From Candidatus Caldarchaeum sp. (GTDB taxonomy: Archaea; Thermoproteota; Nitrososphaeria_A; Caldarchaeales; Caldarchaeaceae), in the NCBI GenBank assembly GCA_038885755.1, contig JAVZZH010000001.1, positions 231,432 through 263,431 on the forward strand: a stretch of DNA of 32,000 bases. The letters are read 5' to 3'. The translations under genes and the position numbers were made by a program. The notes below the pieces were generated by a model. That model was given only the letters and a program-made list of their open reading frames with translations. It did not search any database and had not been told where the DNA came from. Positions 22,657-30,544 of this stretch are shown here, in pieces. Each line of letters begins with the position of its first letter. Position 1 is the first letter of the stretch.

Positions 22657-22988
22657 GTGAGCCATTTATTTGTTGTATCGTCGACACCCAAGTCGGCTTA
22701 GGTTCCGTCCATCACTACGCCGTGGCCGTCGAAACCTAGGAAGACCAGAAAACCATCATACGCTAACTCTGTTCCGCCTCCGAGACGAAGATGAGGATTT
22801 AGCGGAGGTTGCTACAGCTGGCCCGCGCTAAGTCGACGAGCCGCGTGAAACCACGATACGCAAGCTTACTCTTCAGCTCTGCTCGAAGCCATGCAAACTA
22901 TCATCGAGCAAAAGCCCGCTTAGCGCGTCATGGAGAACATCGTGGGCACGCCGTAGGCTTATTCTTCGTTCGATGAGCCTCCCGAGCT

Positions 22989-24653
22989 CTAGAACCGTGG
23001 AGGAGGAGGCGGAGGAGGTGGATACCTTGGCCCAGCTCTTCTCCTCGTGATGATTAGGGCGAACGCTGCGAGCAACGCTCCAAGCACGATTGCCAAGCTT
23101 ACGTAATCCTCGCCGGATGTTTCCGGAGGAGGTGGTTTCACAGTAACCGTGACAACGATGGTCTGCGTTTCCCTGCCGAAAACCGTCTGAGTCGTGTAAA
23201 CCGTTTGAGCAACCGTGCCGGTGACGGTTCTCGTGACCGTCCTAGTGACTTCAACCGTCTCTTTTTCTTCGACGGGCGGCTCTTCACCGAGGCCGATGGA
23301 TAAAACGACCGTTCCAGCGGATTGGTCGAAACTCATCACCTTGATGACGAACCCCTCATCTGTCGCGTATTCGCTGTTTTCGAAGTTTAGTTCCAAGGGA
23401 TTGGGTAAAGCTCTGAGGCTGTGTATCCAGTTTGTCCGGTAGCTAGGCTCGATTATTGGTGCGTCAACCCCTTCGCACAACCTAACCACCCTAGATTCAA
23501 GGCGCTCGCAGATAGCTGGTGTGTCGGGATTGGCTTCAATCAGTCTGATAAAATATTTTTCGTCGACTATGTTCCTGTCAACGTATTCGTTGACGCGGAA
23601 GACGAGAACACCGGGGCCGGGAAGAGCTGCGTCGTTTTTCACAGGCCTTCGGGCATGGATAAAGTAGTATTCTTTATCGTTGATGCGGATAATGAGAGCA
23701 TGCGGTTCATCCGGTCTATCAAGCGTGTGTATCAAATATTCTCCTGTCTTCTCCACCTCGACCGCCTCTATCCATCCGAGGATGTATTTTGACCAGCCGT
23801 CGATGTCGACTGGCGGGTCGAGGAACGCACCGTAATCCATGTTTGTCCACACTCCTACTTCACTGCCCGCGCTGTATCCGTCTTTGTCGTAAACGTAGTG
23901 GTCGGATATCCACATGCTGTGCGTGAATTCATGCGCCAAAACCGCTGGAAAATCATCCTCGGCTACAGTCAGTATCCCCGCCAACAAATTCCCTTTTCCA
24001 TCCCTACCCCTATGCATGAAAAGGTCTACGGCCCAGTCGAGTCCCTGTCTACGAAGCGCTTGCTCCAATTCATCGAACCCATATTGTTCAATTAGGTCGT
24101 AGAGAACCCTCGGAACAACGCAGTGACAATGGCTCCAGACGTCGTTCGCTGACCCGCTGATAGCTTCGTCTCTCCCCGCATGTATCACTATGACGTGCTT
24201 AAACTTCGATACGTCGACACGTTCTCTTTCCTTGACTGTCTTTATCACGGTCAAGTGGTATTCCAGAATTCTTTGATTGTCGTCTCCTCTCTGCGCTCCA
24301 CTACTCGGACCGCCGTAGTAGCTCATGGTTTTAGGCAACGTGATGACTTTAGGATGAATATAGTAGTCGAGCCACGTCTTACCGTATGACGATGAGCGGA
24401 CGAAGTCGTCGACGACTTTAACTATCTGCTCCGCTTGAGTCCTGCCTATCCGCATTTTGACGTCGCTAAAATCTACTAGGACGACAAGAGTCGGCTGTGC
24501 ACCGAGGAAAGCTACCGGTTTATGCCACCTTCTCTCTTGTTGTTGAGACACTCCGGCTGGAATCAAGACACCGAGCAGAAGCAATCCTAAAACGAGGAGA
24601 ACAATTTTACGCAAACCTGTATCCACACCTCCTGCATGCAAAGTCTCCAGCAT
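22989..24653 (-). CDS. Secreted, C-terminally membrane-anchored zinc metalloprotease (M6/InhA-like HEFxH...D motif) with a polyproline cytoplasmic tail
   Basis: Signal-like LRKIVLLVLGLLLLGVLIPAGVSQ; VLAHEFTHSMWISDHY (HExxH plus downstream Asp); a Thr/Val-rich stalk; a TM helix; and the tail RRRAGPRYPPPPPPPPRF. The track start at 24740 is rejected because of a 134-nt overlap. Possible starts are ATG 24653 or TTG 24614. Confidence 0.8.
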   Translation of the reverse strand: MLETLHAGGVDTGLRKIVLLVLGLLLLGVLIPAGVSQQQERRWHKPVAFLGAQPTLVVLVDFSDVKMRIGRTQAEQIVKVVDDFVRSSSYGKTWLDYYIHPKVITLPKTMSYYGGPSSGAQRGDDNQRILEYHLTVIKTVKERERVDVSKFKHVIVIHAGRDEAISGSANDVWSHCHCVVPRVLYDLIEQYGFDELEQALRRQGLDWAVDLFMHRGRDGKGNLLAGILTVAEDDFPAVLAHEFTHSMWISDHYVYDKDGYSAGSEVGVWTNMDYGAFLDPPVDIDGWSKYILGWIEAVEVEKTGEYLIHTLDRPDEPHALIIRINDKEYYFIHARRPVKNDAALPGPGVLVFRVNEYVDRNIVDEKYFIRLIEANPDTPAICERLESRVVRLCEGVDAPIIEPSYRTNWIHSLRALPNPLELNFENSEYATDEGFVIKVMSFDQSAGTVVLSIGLGEEPPVEEKETVEVTRTVTRTVTGTVAQTVYTTQTVFGRETQTIVVTVTVKPPPPETSGEDYVSLAIVLGALLAAFALIITRRRAGPRYPPPPPPPPRF

Positions 24654-25608
24654 AGACGGGGAATCTACAGGCGGGGCAGTATCCCACGATTGACGGCGGC
24701 GGGGGTGGGGGCTGCTGATAGGTCGATGAGGGCGGCGCATACACTGGATACGGATAGGTTGGCGGTAGAGGTCTTTTCCTAGCCCGCGTAAAGAATAGGG
24801 TTGCTCCGATTATTCCCGCCGATACACCGACGGCTACGGGTAGCGGAAAGACCGCTGAACTAGGTGGTTGAACTTCTGCTTGAACGGTCGCGGTCGTGGA
24901 GACCGTTGTAGTGGCTACGATGGTTTCTACGCGTGTTTCTACTCTTGTCAAAGTTTCTATCGCCGTTTCGGTTACCGTCTCCGTCCTTTCCTGCACCACC
25001 GTGGTTCTAGTTGTGGCAACGGCTGTTGTCCTCCGCGTGGTCACCGGCGTCGTGTAAGTCGACGTCGACGCCACGGCCCCGCTCTGCTCGATGTTCACTA
25101 GCTGCAGGCCTTTTTTCTGGCCGAATATCACGCCGAGAAGCAGGCCTTTCAACCGGCTGAAAGGCTCTGGCCCGTCTTCGATAAACATCCAGAAAGTCGA
25201 CTGGTCTGTCGAAGCAACGATCGTGAGCTTAATGCCTTGCATCTCAAGTCCTTTCTGAGCGACTACGACATCTACTCCACCGAACTTGAAACGCGTTCCG
25301 GGGCTTAGGTCGAGTGGAATCCATAAATCAATCCTCACTCCCGGCTGAATTTCTCCGTTGGGCTTGACGTTTAAGCTGGTCGGCCTCATGACATCCGATT
25401 GGATGGCGACGGTGATGGCCTGAGGTGAGACGGATTCGATTATGTATCTGTGGAAAAGGTTCTCAAGCTGCTGTTTCTGCAAGTCGACGACTTGATATAC
25501 AAAAACGAATCCACGCTGAATGTATGGAGGCGGCTGCTGCGAGTATACGGGAGCAACCAAGGCCAAAGCAATTATGGAAACGGTTAACAAAGAAAGTAGT
25601 GAGCGCAT
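24607..25608 (-). CDS. Surface protein with signal peptide, Thr-rich stalk, TM anchor, Pro-rich (PPxY-like) tail and a terminal CxxC-x10-CxxC zinc ribbon
   Basis: I set the start at ATG 25608 (MRSLLSLLTVSIIALALVAPVYSQ), 7 nt after the upstream stop. The C-terminus is ...RKRPLPPTYPYPVYAPPSSTYQQPPPPPPSIVGYCPACRFPVYAGDFACRRCGYRFA. Confidence 0.75.
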   Translation of the reverse strand: MRSLLSLLTVSIIALALVAPVYSQQPPPYIQRGFVFVYQVVDLQKQQLENLFHRYIIESVSPQAITVAIQSDVMRPTSLNVKPNGEIQPGVRIDLWIPLDLSPGTRFKFGGVDVVVAQKGLEMQGIKLTIVASTDQSTFWMFIEDGPEPFSRLKGLLLGVIFGQKKGLQLVNIEQSGAVASTSTYTTPVTTRRTTAVATTRTTVVQERTETVTETAIETLTRVETRVETIVATTTVSTTATVQAEVQPPSSAVFPLPVAVGVSAGIIGATLFFTRARKRPLPPTYPYPVYAPPSSTYQQPPPPPPSIVGYCPACRFPVYAGDFACRRCGYRFA

Positions 25609-25615
25609 CTTCGCA

Positions 25616-26494
25616 TCACGCTGTTTTCTCGACGGGTGCTTTGCCAGCCGCGTAGCCCCAGGCAACTTCGTCCTGCAGTGCCCATAAAACCCTCTGCACC
25701 AAAGCTGCGAGGAACAGAACGGTCAACAACCCTGTTCCAACTAGCCGGATAAACAAAGGCTGGCCCCCGAGCAGAGCAATCACAAACGCTGCGATGGCCT
25801 TGAATAGAGCCACCGGAATAAAGCCGGTAAGCAGGTCGCCGAAGCCTACCGATGTGTACTTAGCTTTGACGTATCCAATCCACCATCCCGTGAACGCCGG
25901 AAACATCACGTATATGAATTCCTCCAAAGCCAGCGTCAGCAAAAATTCAGGCCGAAGCGGAACGTATCCCCCGAGCAGGTAGAAGTTGTTGTAGAGAACG
26001 TATCCGAGGCCCAGAGAAACACCGTATACGGCTCCGTCGAGGTGGTCGTTGAATTCCCTGCCGGTGAACCTGTTGGCGTCCAGAAGATAGAGGATGAGGA
26101 AGAAGATGAATTCGAGGAGGATGAGTTTGGCGACGTAGGAGGTTAATCCCGCTGGGAACGGGAGGAGGTTGAAAAGGGCTGCGACCACGACGCCGACGCC
26201 TATCACAGCTACAACAAGTGTCTTCGGCTCCGGCTCATACCTGTCTGTCCGAACCAGCCAAGCCAAAAGCAGCGCTATCGGCAGCACTGAAAGCCCGACG
26301 TAAACCATTATTCCACGGATTTCAGCGACGAGCAGCCCTGCAGCCAAAACGGCGATTACGGCGAATACACCGACAACCCAGAGCCTACTGCCGGAATAAA
26401 CAATCATACCTCTCTGATAAATCTCTGAAGTAGGAGACTTGATAGGAGTCCGCTTGAACCATGTGGCGAACGCTTCCCGCCACAGTGAGGACAT
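25616..26494 (-). CDS. Multi-pass membrane protein, distantly PrsW-like (tentative)
   Basis: Polytopic hydrophobic profile. DGAVYGVSLGLGYVLYNN resembles the PrsW DGxxYGxxxGLGFAxxEN block, but the expected acidic and His residues are not obvious. Confidence 0.7.
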   Translation of the reverse strand: MSSLWREAFATWFKRTPIKSPTSEIYQRGMIVYSGSRLWVVGVFAVIAVLAAGLLVAEIRGIMVYVGLSVLPIALLLAWLVRTDRYEPEPKTLVVAVIGVGVVVAALFNLLPFPAGLTSYVAKLILLEFIFFLILYLLDANRFTGREFNDHLDGAVYGVSLGLGYVLYNNFYLLGGYVPLRPEFLLTLALEEFIYVMFPAFTGWWIGYVKAKYTSVGFGDLLTGFIPVALFKAIAAFVIALLGGQPLFIRLVGTGLLTVLFLAALVQRVLWALQDEVAWGYAAGKAPVEKTA

Positions 26495-26498
26495 CTCA

Positions 26499-27044
26499 CT
26501 ACACCGCAGGCAGCATCAAAGCCACGTAAATTACGGCGCCGAGAAACACGAAGTATCCGAATAAGTAAACGCCCACGGCCAAAGGCTCTTTATCAACGTC
26601 GTCGAGGTCAAGGCCGAACGGCTCTATCTTAGCCAATATCCTGTAGTAGATGATTGCGAAGACGTAGGAAAGCAGGACAGCGGCGAAAAGTGTTATGAGT
26701 TTGTAGGCTATGAGCACGGCTGGGTTGACGTTGAGAGTCGCGACGCCTGTTTCAAGCCCGATGGGTAGGGGGGAGGCCATCGACGCGACGAAACCCATCG
26801 AAAGATAGACGAAGAAACCAGCCGCAAACACGCCCGTAGCCAAAGAATTACCCCTTATGACCTGAATTTCACGAATACCCGGAGTAATCAAGTCAACAAC
26901 ACGAACAGAGACCAACCCGATCAAAAACACGACGACGAAAGTCAAGAAAGTACGGATCAAAACCCAGCCAAGCCCCGTCAGGAAAACAACGGGGTCAGCC
27001 CAAGTAGGCGGAAGAGGAGGCTCGACCTGCATCAGGGAGAGCAT
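26499..27044 (-). CDS. Integral membrane protein (possibly DUF350-like)
   Basis: 181 aa with several hydrophobic helices and a GNSLATGVFAAG block. TATTTATA is centred about 27 nt upstream of the ATG. This is the first gene of a four-gene cluster. Confidence 0.72.
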   Translation of the reverse strand: MLSLMQVEPPLPPTWADPVVFLTGLGWVLIRTFLTFVVVFLIGLVSVRVVDLITPGIREIQVIRGNSLATGVFAAGFFVYLSMGFVASMASPLPIGLETGVATLNVNPAVLIAYKLITLFAAVLLSYVFAIIYYRILAKIEPFGLDLDDVDKEPLAVGVYLFGYFVFLGAVIYVALMLPAV

Positions 27045-27125
27045 ACATCCCTGTTTTCGAAACCCGGTATAAATACGTTTTTCCGTCCAATTTAGGGTCC
27101 ACCATAAATCTCACGTCATAGACGC

Positions 27126-27299
27126 TTACTCCCACGCGGGGCGTGTTAATGCGTCAACCGGCTGTATGAGGTTTTGATGATCACGCGGAGAACCGAGAAC
27201 ATCTTGAATAGTTTCAAACACGCCGGTCTTTGCATAGTCTAGGACTCGTCGCTGCGTTATCATTCGACAGCACCCCCGAAAGATGGGGGAGGTTTTCAT
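27126..27299 (-). CDS. Possible small protein (57 aa; alternative start at 27263), below the track cutoff
   Basis: Hand translation gives MKTSPIFRGCCRMITQRRVLDYAKTGVFETIQDVLGSPRDHQNLIQPVDALTRPAWE. It lies in an otherwise empty 320-nt gap downstream of the oxidoreductase operon. I saw no promoter and recognise no family. Confidence 0.25.
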   Translation of the reverse strand: MKTSPIFRGCCRMITQRRVLDYAKTGVFETIQDVLGSPRDHQNLIQPVDALTRPAWE

Positions 27300-27364
27300 A
27301 TCCTGTAGGGCCGTGCAGAACCGGCGTTGAGAGGAGATCGCTGCAAGCTCCTATGGAGTAGGTG

Positions 27365-28354
27365 TTATGTGTTTCGATGGGTTGTGGGTTTTGTTTCCAG
27401 CAGCCGAGGAGGCTCGAAGCCTTCAGCTTTGGCTGCGCTGACCCAGTACCGGCTTACCGTCTCCTGTATGTGGTTGATTGCTTGTTGCTGGCGGTGGGGG
27501 GTGAAAAGATGTCTGTATCGACCCTGAACCCTCAAGTATTCTTCCACGGGCTTGAGCGCTCGAGGCACGACCGTGTGGCGCACCACTCCATGCACTGCTT
27601 CCTTCAAAGGCCACACCCCGGTGTCGACAGCCAGCCTTGAAACCTTTACAGCTTCTGAGGAGTCGAACCCCCAGCCTGTCGGGCAGGGAGCTAGAGAGAT
27701 GAAAAGCTTGGGGCCCCTGAGCCTCGAAGCTTTCTCAACCTTTCTCAGCATGTCGACAACGTGTGAGGGAGCCAGCGTTGCGACGTAGGGCGGTTTGTGG
27801 CTTCTCCAGATCTCGAACAAGTCTTTCTTGACGCCGGTGTAGCCTGCTGGGTTGAGGCTGGTTGGAGGCGTTGTAGAGGTCGAGGAACCATAGGGGGTTG
27901 CGCCGCTTTTCTGGAAGCCTGTGTTGCCGTAGGACTCGTTGTCGTAAACGAGGTAGTAGAAGTCGAGACCTCTCTCGATGGCGCCGGAAGACGACTGCAG
28001 CCCTATGTCGTAGGCAGCTCCGTCGCCGGTCAGAACGACGACCTGCATCCTCTCACCCGGACTCAACCTGCCCTTCGCAATCAGGATGTCGAACGCATCG
28101 CTTATTCCCTGAGCTCCGGCGGGAGCCGACGCGAACGCCGTGTACATCCAGCTGGACTTGAGCGGAGTATATGGGTAGACCTGCATCAGAGTCAGGCATC
28201 CCGCCGCGTTCACGAAGACAACGTTCCCGCCGAGGGCTTTGTGGAAGACCCTCAGAACCAGCATGGCGCCGCAGCCGGCGCACATGGGCGATCCCGGTGA
28301 AAGATACTCTTCGACGGGAAACTCTCTCAAAGTCTTGAACTTGGTCTCCATCAT
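27365..28354 (-). CDS. porB: 2-oxoacid (pyruvate-type):ferredoxin oxidoreductase beta subunit (TPP-binding)
   Basis: Contains GSPMCAGCGAMLVLR and the TPP motif LTGDGAAYDIGLQ. An ATGA overlap couples it to the alpha subunit gene. Confidence 0.9.
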   Translation of the reverse strand: MMETKFKTLREFPVEEYLSPGSPMCAGCGAMLVLRVFHKALGGNVVFVNAAGCLTLMQVYPYTPLKSSWMYTAFASAPAGAQGISDAFDILIAKGRLSPGERMQVVVLTGDGAAYDIGLQSSSGAIERGLDFYYLVYDNESYGNTGFQKSGATPYGSSTSTTPPTSLNPAGYTGVKKDLFEIWRSHKPPYVATLAPSHVVDMLRKVEKASRLRGPKLFISLAPCPTGWGFDSSEAVKVSRLAVDTGVWPLKEAVHGVVRHTVVPRALKPVEEYLRVQGRYRHLFTPHRQQQAINHIQETVSRYWVSAAKAEGFEPPRLLETKPTTHRNT

Positions 28355-29577
28355 TCATCACCCCCGCCCGCAAGCTGGAAAGCTCTTTGAAAGTCTCTGA
28401 GCTCGTCTTCACGGAAGAGGAACAAAGGCTTGTCGACCTCCGGTCCGTCTCCTCGTGCAAGCAGCCTGAAAACGTGTTCAAACTCCTCCTCCGTCACGTA
28501 TTTCCCGCCCACTCCGCCTATCACTGACATTATTCTCTCCGGCCTGTTTCTGGCGTGGATGAGCGCCGCAGCTGTCTCGTTGTAGATTATTCCTCCGAGG
28601 CCGGGGGAGATGTTTTGGTCGAACACAGCCACAGCCCTCCTGCTCCTCAACACTTCCTCGAGCTTTTTCCCCGGGAACGGTCGGAGCATGACGATTTTAG
28701 CGAGGCCGGCCGCCACTCCTCTCTCCCTCAACTTCATGACGGCTCTCCTAGCGATTGTCGTGAACGAGTTCGTCATCACGAGGACATATTCGGCGTCGTC
28801 GAGCATATACCCCTCAACCGCCTCGACACGCCTGCCGCAAATCTTCTCGAACTTTTCAGAAGCCTCTTCAAAGACTCGACTAGCTCTGACCATCGACTCG
28901 TGTATGTTGTGCTTGAAGTATGTGTAGATGTGTCCCCCGAACACGGCGGCTCCCTTTACGACGTGTTTCTCAGCTCGGAAGGGCCGGGGGTTTGTGTAAG
29001 GCGGTAAGAACTCAGCGACATCCTCCTCGGACGGGAGATGCACTGCTTCACGGGTGAACGAGAGGTAGAAACCATCCATGTTTACGATCGAGGGCAGCAA
29101 GACCCTTCTGTCCTCGGAGACGCGGTAGGCTAGAAGGATCAAGTCGAGCACGTCCTGACAACGTTCGGCGTGAAACTGCAAGAACCCGCTGTCCCTCGCA
29201 GCCAGTACGTCGTTGTGGTCGGGCTCGAGCGTGATGGGAGCGGCTAAAGCCCTCGAGACGTTAACTAGAACTATCGGAGCCCTCCATCCAGATATGTTGT
29301 ACAGCATCTCAAACCCGTAGAGAAGACCTTGGCTCGACGTTGACGTGAACACCCTCGCGCCTGTCAGCGAGGCTGTTCCGGCGGCTGTGAGCATCGAGTG
29401 CTCCGACTCGAGCTGCACCAGCTTCGCCCTCATCAAGCCTTGGCTTATCCATTTGGCGAGCGTCTCGATGATCTCGGTCTGCGGGGTTATGGGGTACGCC
29501 GGAATGTAGTCGACGTCTGCGAGTCTCGCCGCCCACGCAGCCGCTGTGTTCCCGGTCATCAAGTCGTATTCACGCAT
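28351..29577 (-). CDS. porA: 2-oxoacid (pyruvate-type):ferredoxin oxidoreductase alpha subunit
   Basis: The N-terminus MTGNTAAAWAARLADVDYIPAYPITPQTEIIE is typical of PorA/VorA. 408 aa. Confidence 0.9.
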   Translation of the reverse strand: MREYDLMTGNTAAAWAARLADVDYIPAYPITPQTEIIETLAKWISQGLMRAKLVQLESEHSMLTAAGTASLTGARVFTSTSSQGLLYGFEMLYNISGWRAPIVLVNVSRALAAPITLEPDHNDVLAARDSGFLQFHAERCQDVLDLILLAYRVSEDRRVLLPSIVNMDGFYLSFTREAVHLPSEEDVAEFLPPYTNPRPFRAEKHVVKGAAVFGGHIYTYFKHNIHESMVRASRVFEEASEKFEKICGRRVEAVEGYMLDDAEYVLVMTNSFTTIARRAVMKLRERGVAAGLAKIVMLRPFPGKKLEEVLRSRRAVAVFDQNISPGLGGIIYNETAAALIHARNRPERIMSVIGGVGGKYVTEEEFEHVFRLLARGDGPEVDKPLFLFREDELRDFQRAFQLAGGGDE

Positions 29578-30457
29578 AAGCCCTCACCTCCTTCACGGCT
29601 GAGATAGCCTTCAGCGGGCACTCCTTCAAGCATATCAGGCAGCCCTTGCAGTTTTCGTAGTCGACCACAGGCCTGCCCTCAGCGTCTAGGACGATGGCTG
29701 AGTCGGGGCAGTAGACGAAGCAAACCATGCATCCTGTACACTTGCTGTAGTCTACGACCGGCCTGAAAACTCTCCAGTTTCCAGTTCTCCTTAAGTAGGA
29801 ATTACCCGTCCTAGTTATGTCGCCCGAGACAACAGCTTCAGAAGAAAGGCTGGCGAGAACGACAGGCCTCCTATACTCCTCGTCAAAGCTCACCGGATGA
29901 CGAGGTATCTTTTCAAATACTTCTGAGACGAGCTTGAGGTTCTTCTCCAGCATCTCCCCGCCGAGGCCCAGCTCCGCCAGCTCCTCGGAAGCAGCCTCCA
30001 AAACATGCCTTTTCCTAATCAACCCAGATATCTTCGCAGCTGTTGCGGCGGCTGGAGCGCTTATCACAGGCCTGCCGATGGTCTTCAACGCCTCGTCTGT
30101 CAAGCTGTACCTCAAGACGGTGTACCCATCCCGCGACGACTCGGAAGCTTCGGACGCCGCCGTGTTTATGAAAGCGACGCCGCCTCTCTGAAGCCCTTCC
30201 AGAGGCCTAGCCTGCCTGTCTTCGATGAGTGTCTCATCCATCACGACGACTATGTGTGGGTGGAAGATATACCCCCTTTCAAGGATGGGCCCGTGCGATA
30301 TCCGGGTGAAGGCGGCGACCGGGGCCCCCCTTCTCTCGGCGCCGTAGATGGGCGAGTCCTGAGCAAAGTAGCCAGCTAGGAAGGCAGCTCGGCCGAGAAT
30401 ACGGCTGCTCGTCTTAACCCCCTGCCCGCCTCTTCCGTGAAACCTAACCCTAAGCAA
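29570..30457 (-). CDS. 2-oxoacid:ferredoxin oxidoreductase fused gamma-delta subunit
   Basis: The N-terminus RFHGRGGQGVKTSSRILGRAAF...GAERRGAPV is the gamma subunit. The C-terminal CTGCMVCFVYCP and CKGCLICLKECP form the 2x[4Fe-4S] delta subunit. TTG start. Confidence 0.88.
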   Translation of the reverse strand: MLRVRFHGRGGQGVKTSSRILGRAAFLAGYFAQDSPIYGAERRGAPVAAFTRISHGPILERGYIFHPHIVVVMDETLIEDRQARPLEGLQRGGVAFINTAASEASESSRDGYTVLRYSLTDEALKTIGRPVISAPAAATAAKISGLIRKRHVLEAASEELAELGLGGEMLEKNLKLVSEVFEKIPRHPVSFDEEYRRPVVLASLSSEAVVSGDITRTGNSYLRRTGNWRVFRPVVDYSKCTGCMVCFVYCPDSAIVLDAEGRPVVDYENCKGCLICLKECPLKAISAVKEVRAYA

Positions 30458-30514
30458 GGGGGTTCCCTACTGTATATACTTCGGCTGCTGAATATATTTG
30501 TTTTGATGGCTTGC

Positions 30515-30523
30515 ATTTAAAAA
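30515..30523 (+). promoter_or_regulatory. Candidate TATA box for the acetyl-CoA synthetase gene
   Basis: ATTTAAAAA is centred 26 nt upstream of GTG 30545. An in-frame TAA at 30518-30520 closes the frame upstream. Confidence 0.4.
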
Positions 30524-30544
30524 CACGCCGGACAACGGGTTGGC

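Noticed and set aside
22299-22691. 130-aa minus-strand ORF
   Set aside because: It runs straight through the tRNA-Lys gene, and its translation is low-complexity. It is an artefact.
22335-22988. Integrated mobile element at tRNA-Lys
   Set aside because: I could find no integrase, transposase or other element-type ORF in any frame. The 13-bp repeat does not overlap the tRNA body as a classical att site would. I kept it only as a low-interest repeat finding.
24654-24740. Upstream ATG (24740) for the metalloprotease
   Set aside because: It would overlap the preceding gene by 134 nt and add an R/P/S-rich leader (MRRPHRPISSPHPRRRQSW…). The signal-peptide-like segment begins just after ATG 24653 / TTG 24614.
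22989-25608. PGF-CTERM/archaeosortase-type sorting signals on the two stalked proteins
   Set aside because: A Thr-rich stalk plus a C-terminal TM helix resembles such signals. Here, however, the TM helix is followed by 20-60 aa of proline-rich tail (and a zinc ribbon) rather than a short basic terminus, and no PGF motif is visible.
25609-25665. Upstream ATG (25665) for the stalked surface protein
   Set aside because: It overlaps the preceding gene. ATG 25608 yields a textbook signal peptide and a 7-nt intergenic gap.
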